Assembly: GCA_031290775.1 (NCBI GenBank)
Contig: JAITMX010000114.1
Span: 1-44,057, forward strand
DNA length: 44,057 bases
Reading direction: 5' to 3'
From: Eubacteriales Family XIII. Incertae Sedis bacterium
GTDB taxonomy: Bacteria > Bacillota > Clostridia > Peptostreptococcales > Anaerovoracaceae
Positions 40,009 to 44,057 of the stretch are shown piece after piece. Each line of letters opens with the position of its first letter. Position 1 is the first letter of the stretch. The notes beneath the pieces are model-generated. The model saw only the letters and a program-made list of their open reading frames with translations. It was not told the origin of the DNA and ran no database searches. A program made the translations under genes and the position numbers.

Positions 40009-41511
40009 ATGGGATTTTTTAAAGAATTGAGGGATGCATGGAAGGAAGGCGTGGAAGAAGCAAAGGCCGAAGCGGCGGAAGAACGCGCGGCGGAAGCAGC
40101 GGAAACAGCTGCGGCGCCGCAGAGAGAAGCCGCCGAACGCCGGGCGTTTCTCGACGCGATCCCTTATGAAGAAAAGTTTGGGCTTGCCCTGGCCGCGCCG
40201 TTTCGCACGACAATTTTCATGGACTGGTTTTCGGTATTCAAAGACAACGACACCGACGAGGAGTTTCCGAAACATCTCTATACAGTCGGAGAGGCGGGAG
40301 CTGTGAAAAAAGCCGATCTGAAAAATCTGAAAACAGCGATTGCGCGGGACTTTGAGATTACCGGCGAACAAAGTGCGCTGCTTGCCATCGGGCAGATCTT
40401 CGCGGGCGGCGCCATCCCCTCGGAAACCGAGTTTCCGGGATATGACACGAAAGCGAAACGTTTGGCGTATTGCGCGGACGTGATCAGCACGCTAAACCTG
40501 CTGGACGGGGAGCAAAAGAAAGACGCGCTGACCTTTATCGTGAACATGGCGGCGCACGCGACGGCCGCGTCGGCAAACGCGGGCTTCCTGACAGCGGAAA
40601 CCGCAGGGTCCCTGTTTCGGGATCTGGGCATTTTCATCAAAAGCCTTTACGCGGACAGTGTGGACGGCGGGTCTTGGGAGGAATATGGGGCGCGTTTCCT
40701 CGCGGCAAACGACATCTTTGAAATGAACAAGGAAAAAGGGATGAAGGCTCTGCGCAAGGCCGTGGACGACCTTGGAAAGAAGCCCGGCAGCCCATGGGTC
40801 AACGTCCCTTTCCGCAAGGAGGGGGAAGAGGCCGTCACCTTTGACGAGCTTGCCGGCCCGCCGCTTAACATTGAGCTCTATGAGGAAAATGAAATCGGCC
40901 TGCTCGAAGCGCATATCGAAACCTGCTTCGGCCACTTCGACAAGGTTCTGCATGAGTTCGCTTCGCCGGACATCCATTTGGATGTTGCCATCGTCGACCC
41001 GACAGCGGAGCGAAACCGCCGGGTTCTCGTCACCATGGGCGCGGGCACGCATATCATGGATGTACCGGAGGAACTTGACGAAAACGACCTCTATCGCATG
41101 GAATTGCTCCTCGTGCTGCCTGCTGATTGGAGTCTCGATCTCGGAAACGAAAAGGACTGCTGGCCGGTTCAATCACTGAAAAGGATGGGGCGCTATGCGC
41201 TTGAAAACGAAACCTGGCTCGGATGGGGGCATACGGTTCAATTTTCGGAAGAGCCGGGCGAAAGCATTGAGGGCACAGGCTTTGTCGGCTTTGTACTCGT
41301 GCAGCCAATGGGATTCAATGCGGACGGCAATGCCTGCAAATTGCCAAACGGGTCTGATGTCAATTTCTATCAGATACTTGCCCTCTACGAAAACGAGATG
41401 GCGTACAAGGTCGAAAACGGGACGGATGCCTTGCTTGAGCGGTTCTTTGAACGCTTTGGCGCGGGCTACGACGGCGTTATTGAGGTTGGAAGGCCGAGCG
41501 CCGTGTTGTGA
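40009..41511 (+). CDS. DUF1266-like N-terminal domain fused to a suppressor-of-fused (SUFU) domain
   Basis: C-terminal HIETCFG..VLHE..SPDIHLDV, LVTMG, RMELL, WLGWGHT and VNFYQILALYENE. The N-terminal half has SWEEYG..L..PGSPW. Confidence 0.8.
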   Translation: MGFFKELRDAWKEGVEEAKAEAAEERAAEAAETAAAPQREAAERRAFLDAIPYEEKFGLALAAPFRTTIFMDWFSVFKDNDTDEEFPKHLYTVGEAGAVKKADLKNLKTAIARDFEITGEQSALLAIGQIFAGGAIPSETEFPGYDTKAKRLAYCADVISTLNLLDGEQKKDALTFIVNMAAHATAASANAGFLTAETAGSLFRDLGIFIKSLYADSVDGGSWEEYGARFLAANDIFEMNKEKGMKALRKAVDDLGKKPGSPWVNVPFRKEGEEAVTFDELAGPPLNIELYEENEIGLLEAHIETCFGHFDKVLHEFASPDIHLDVAIVDPTAERNRRVLVTMGAGTHIMDVPEELDENDLYRMELLLVLPADWSLDLGNEKDCWPVQSLKRMGRYALENETWLGWGHTVQFSEEPGESIEGTGFVGFVLVQPMGFNADGNACKLPNGSDVNFYQILALYENEMAYKVENGTDALLERFFERFGAGYDGVIEVGRPSAVL

Positions 41512-41736
41512 TCGCCCCTTGCGATTTTTGAACCCTGCCCCGGAATCAAAAACAATATAAGACAATATAATGAAAACTTTTGCACACTTTTATTTATATA
41601 TCGATTGACCGTCTTCATGTTTTTTGTGTGCGATGATGAAATCGCGGGGCTATCTTGTTATAATGGCAATTGTGATCGATGCGTATTTTGAACGTGAGAT
41701 CTATTTGGCGAAACTGTCGGGAAAGTGAGGTATGAA

Positions 41737-42495
41737 ATGGGATTTTTTAGTAAAGGGGCAAAGAGCCAAGTTGGCGATTGGCTCGCCACCGCCACCATGG
41801 AAGAGTTGGAAGCCATGGAGAAACAGGGCGTTGATGTAACGGAATGGAAAGCGGCTGTAGCGGCGCGGGACGGCGCGAGCGCCGAGGCGGAAGCAGCTCG
41901 TTTTGGCAGCGAAGCGGTAGATCCCTCCACCGTCGCAAATCCCGTAAATCTTGACAAATTGAATCCGTATAAGGCGGTGCCGCGGAACAAAGATGGGGAT
42001 TTTGTGAAAGCTGTCGCGGGGAAGCTGCCTTTGATGGGCAAGGACAAGGTGCTCCAAAAAGCGGCCGGCAATCCCCTGGTTTTTGCAAGCGTCGTGCAAG
42101 CCAACTCCGATTTGTGGTCGCCGGGAAACAATACGTACCTCCCCGCCGTGTTGGTATTTGCCTTGGATGAAGCGCACAAATACGATATCGCGTGGCTCAA
42201 AGAAACCGCCAAGAAAATCGCGGATCTAAAGCAATCCGCCGATATCCCGCAGGACAGCCGTGCGATGATCGCACTGCTGCGGGATGACCAAAGCCTTTTC
42301 TGCTGCAAATTGGGCGGCAGTATCGCAGGCGGCGCCGATGCCTGGTGTGCCACATACAGTTTTGAGGAACAATCGATCCTTCCGGGCAGATGTTTGCCAT
42401 CAGAGGGCATCATCCCGTTTGTGCTGAAAGACGGGCCGGAGGAAAACCATGGCGTGTGGTTTTTTGATATCCCGGCGGGATATTATACAGACTGA
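41737..42495 (+). CDS. Hypothetical protein (VVQAN..L motif)
   Basis: 252-aa ORF with a GAGG RBS and an upstream TGTTATAAT; immunity-like neighbourhood. Confidence 0.75.
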   Translation: MGFFSKGAKSQVGDWLATATMEELEAMEKQGVDVTEWKAAVAARDGASAEAEAARFGSEAVDPSTVANPVNLDKLNPYKAVPRNKDGDFVKAVAGKLPLMGKDKVLQKAAGNPLVFASVVQANSDLWSPGNNTYLPAVLVFALDEAHKYDIAWLKETAKKIADLKQSADIPQDSRAMIALLRDDQSLFCCKLGGSIAGGADAWCATYSFEEQSILPGRCLPSEGIIPFVLKDGPEENHGVWFFDIPAGYYTD

Positions 42496-42504
42496 GCGCA
42501 CGGC

Positions 42505-42807
42505 GTGGCTATATCAATGATCCTTGTGTCCGGCAGCGTTGCGCCAGGCAGCGACCCTTTTGAAAAAGTGAGGGGGTTTCTTTCGGAAAACCCCCTCTAT
42601 TTCTGCATTTTGCTCATTGCGATCGGCATATTTTTCCTCGCGGCGGCGATCGGGAACTGGGGCTGGATATTCCGCGGCCGGGGTTACAACACCAACAAGA
42701 TAGACGGGATCAGCAACATCTACGGACGCGGCGCTGCCCGTGTCCTGTTTGGAATCTTTGGCGTGCTGATCATCCTCGGCGGCGCCATCTGGCTCATTTT
42801 GCGATAA
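42505..42807 (+). CDS. Imm17-like small membrane immunity protein
   Basis: Two TM helices with G.FFL.AAI.NW.W and GRGAARV.FG..G, matching my recollection of Imm17. Confidence 0.7.
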   Translation: MAISMILVSGSVAPGSDPFEKVRGFLSENPLYFCILLIAIGIFFLAAAIGNWGWIFRGRGYNTNKIDGISNIYGRGAARVLFGIFGVLIILGGAIWLILR

Positions 42808-42844
42808 GACAAAGAAGCCGCTAGGCTGTGCCTGCGTTCGGATG

Positions 42845-42871
42845 ACACAAAAAGGAACGTCCCCTTTGTGT
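42845..42871. repeat. REP-like palindrome A, copy 1
   Basis: ACACAAA-AAGGAACGTCCCC-TTTGTGT between convergent genes; second copy at ~43863-43896. Confidence 0.75.
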
Positions 42872-42873
42872 AC

Positions 42874-43791
42874 CTACCAGAGGGTTTCCGGGTAGAGGCC
42901 TTTGTCTTTCATCGCGTTCACGGATGCCGTGACCTGCTCTTTGTCTTCCTTGTACGTGATGCCAAACCAGCGCTCGTCAGTCGGCAGCACTTTGACGGCG
43001 GCCTTGCCCGCGTGAATCAGCTCGTCGATCTTGCGCGGAAGCAGATACTCGGCTTTCAGCGGGTCGGTTTTCAGCGCCGCGTCGAGAAAAGCCGGAAATC
43101 CCGCTTGCATCTCCGCGAGGATCGAGGGCGTGAAGCCCCACAGATTCATCGAGACCGTGGCATCCGCGCTCACGTCGTGCCATTCTTCCGCATCGTCCGC
43201 AAACTGCACCCCGCCGCCTTTCCACATGATCTTTTTGCGTTCGTCGACGCCCGCAAGGTTGCCGCTTTCATCAAGCGCGCAAACGCCGCGCGAGACATGG
43301 CCGTTTTCCGTGAGCGTGTTCGCAAGCCGGTAGCCGACCATCGAATAATCGTAAACAGCCCCGTCCTTCGCTTTTGCGAGTTCGTCGTATATGAGCGAAA
43401 AGGCCCCCGCGCCGTAGTAATCGTCCGCGTTGATGACCGCGAAGTTGCCGCAGATGGCGTCTTTTGCCGCGAGCACAGCGTGGCAGGTGCCCCACGGTTT
43501 GACGCGCCCCGCAGGCGCGCTGTAGCCCGGAGGCAGATCGCAAAGCTCCTGAAAGACGTACGTGACTTTCAAATGCCTGCCCGCACCCTCATCAATACGT
43601 GCGCGCACATCTTCCTCTATTTCTTTTTTGATAATGAAAACGACATCCTCAAAGCCGGCCATCATCGCGTCGTACAGCGAAAAGTCGATGATAATCTCGC
43701 CCTGCCCCGTGATCGGGTCAATCTGCTTGAGCCCGCCATAACGACTGCCCATGCCGGCCGCCATTGCAACCAAAATCGGTTTTGCCATCAT
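42874..43791 (-). CDS. Sugar-phosphate nucleotidyltransferase family protein
   Basis: MAAGMGSRYGGLKQ, KPWGT, INADDYYG, VSRGVC, SMNLWGF and WFGITY.ED. Confidence 0.92.
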   Translation of the reverse strand: MMAKPILVAMAAGMGSRYGGLKQIDPITGQGEIIIDFSLYDAMMAGFEDVVFIIKKEIEEDVRARIDEGAGRHLKVTYVFQELCDLPPGYSAPAGRVKPWGTCHAVLAAKDAICGNFAVINADDYYGAGAFSLIYDELAKAKDGAVYDYSMVGYRLANTLTENGHVSRGVCALDESGNLAGVDERKKIMWKGGGVQFADDAEEWHDVSADATVSMNLWGFTPSILAEMQAGFPAFLDAALKTDPLKAEYLLPRKIDELIHAGKAAVKVLPTDERWFGITYKEDKEQVTASVNAMKDKGLYPETLW

Positions 43792-43857
43792 TTCCTCCCT
43801 TGCGCCCCGCGCACACCGCAAACATCCTTGCGCCCTGCCTGTATGTTATCATATGCG

Positions 43858-43912
43858 CCTAAGGAACACAAAGAAAGAACGTCCCCTTTGTGTTCCCTTT
43901 GCGTTCCTTAGG
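43858..43912. repeat. REP-like palindrome A, copy 2, with duplicated right arm
   Basis: CCTAAGGAACACAAAG..GAACGTCCCCTTTGTGTTCC-CTTTGCGTTCCTTAGG. Confidence 0.75.
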
Positions 43913-44057
43913 TTACAGTTCACACCCTAACCGTCAGCCGTAGAGTGCCACGGTAGACGACCACGCGCTAAAGCGCTGTCGTCCTCGAATGGGACGTTCC
44001 AGCGGTCGCAAGCGACCGGGATACGTCCGCAACGGTAGACGACCACGGTAGAGTGCC
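43911..44057. repeat. Structured repeat region, truncated by the window end
   Basis: GTTACAGTTCACACCCTA arm; shuffled GTAGAGTGCC and ACGGTAGACGACCACG repeats; hairpins at 43956-43983 and 43992-44028. Confidence 0.6.

Overview
High-GC chromosomal region of a Clostridia-like Firmicute (inferred from a sortase-type surface protein, ThiT, FabK, fhs-fchA-folD and sigmaA-like promoters). Most of it is housekeeping: uvrB/uvrA, ahcY, gltX, fab operon, fhs, icd, thiT with TPP riboswitch, hypE, tpx. Three lower-GC restriction-modification cassettes are embedded in these operons: HindIII-like, Eco47II/Sau96I-like, and one decayed C5-MTase. The right end is accessory: a MoxR-type AAA+ gene next to a tandem-peptidase-VWA gene, a cell-wall-anchored protein, and orphan immunity-like genes. 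The most striking unexplained structure is a family of modular palindromic elements with core GTCATTGCGAG..GCAATCC..GGATTGC..CGCAATGAC, present in at least 6 copies. One 137-bp copy sits in frame inside uvrB and accounts for most of a ~56-aa insertion, as Rickettsia palindromic elements do. Two other copies bracket the thiT+riboswitch unit in inverted orientation. All family assignments come from recalled motifs and manual alignment, not from database searches.
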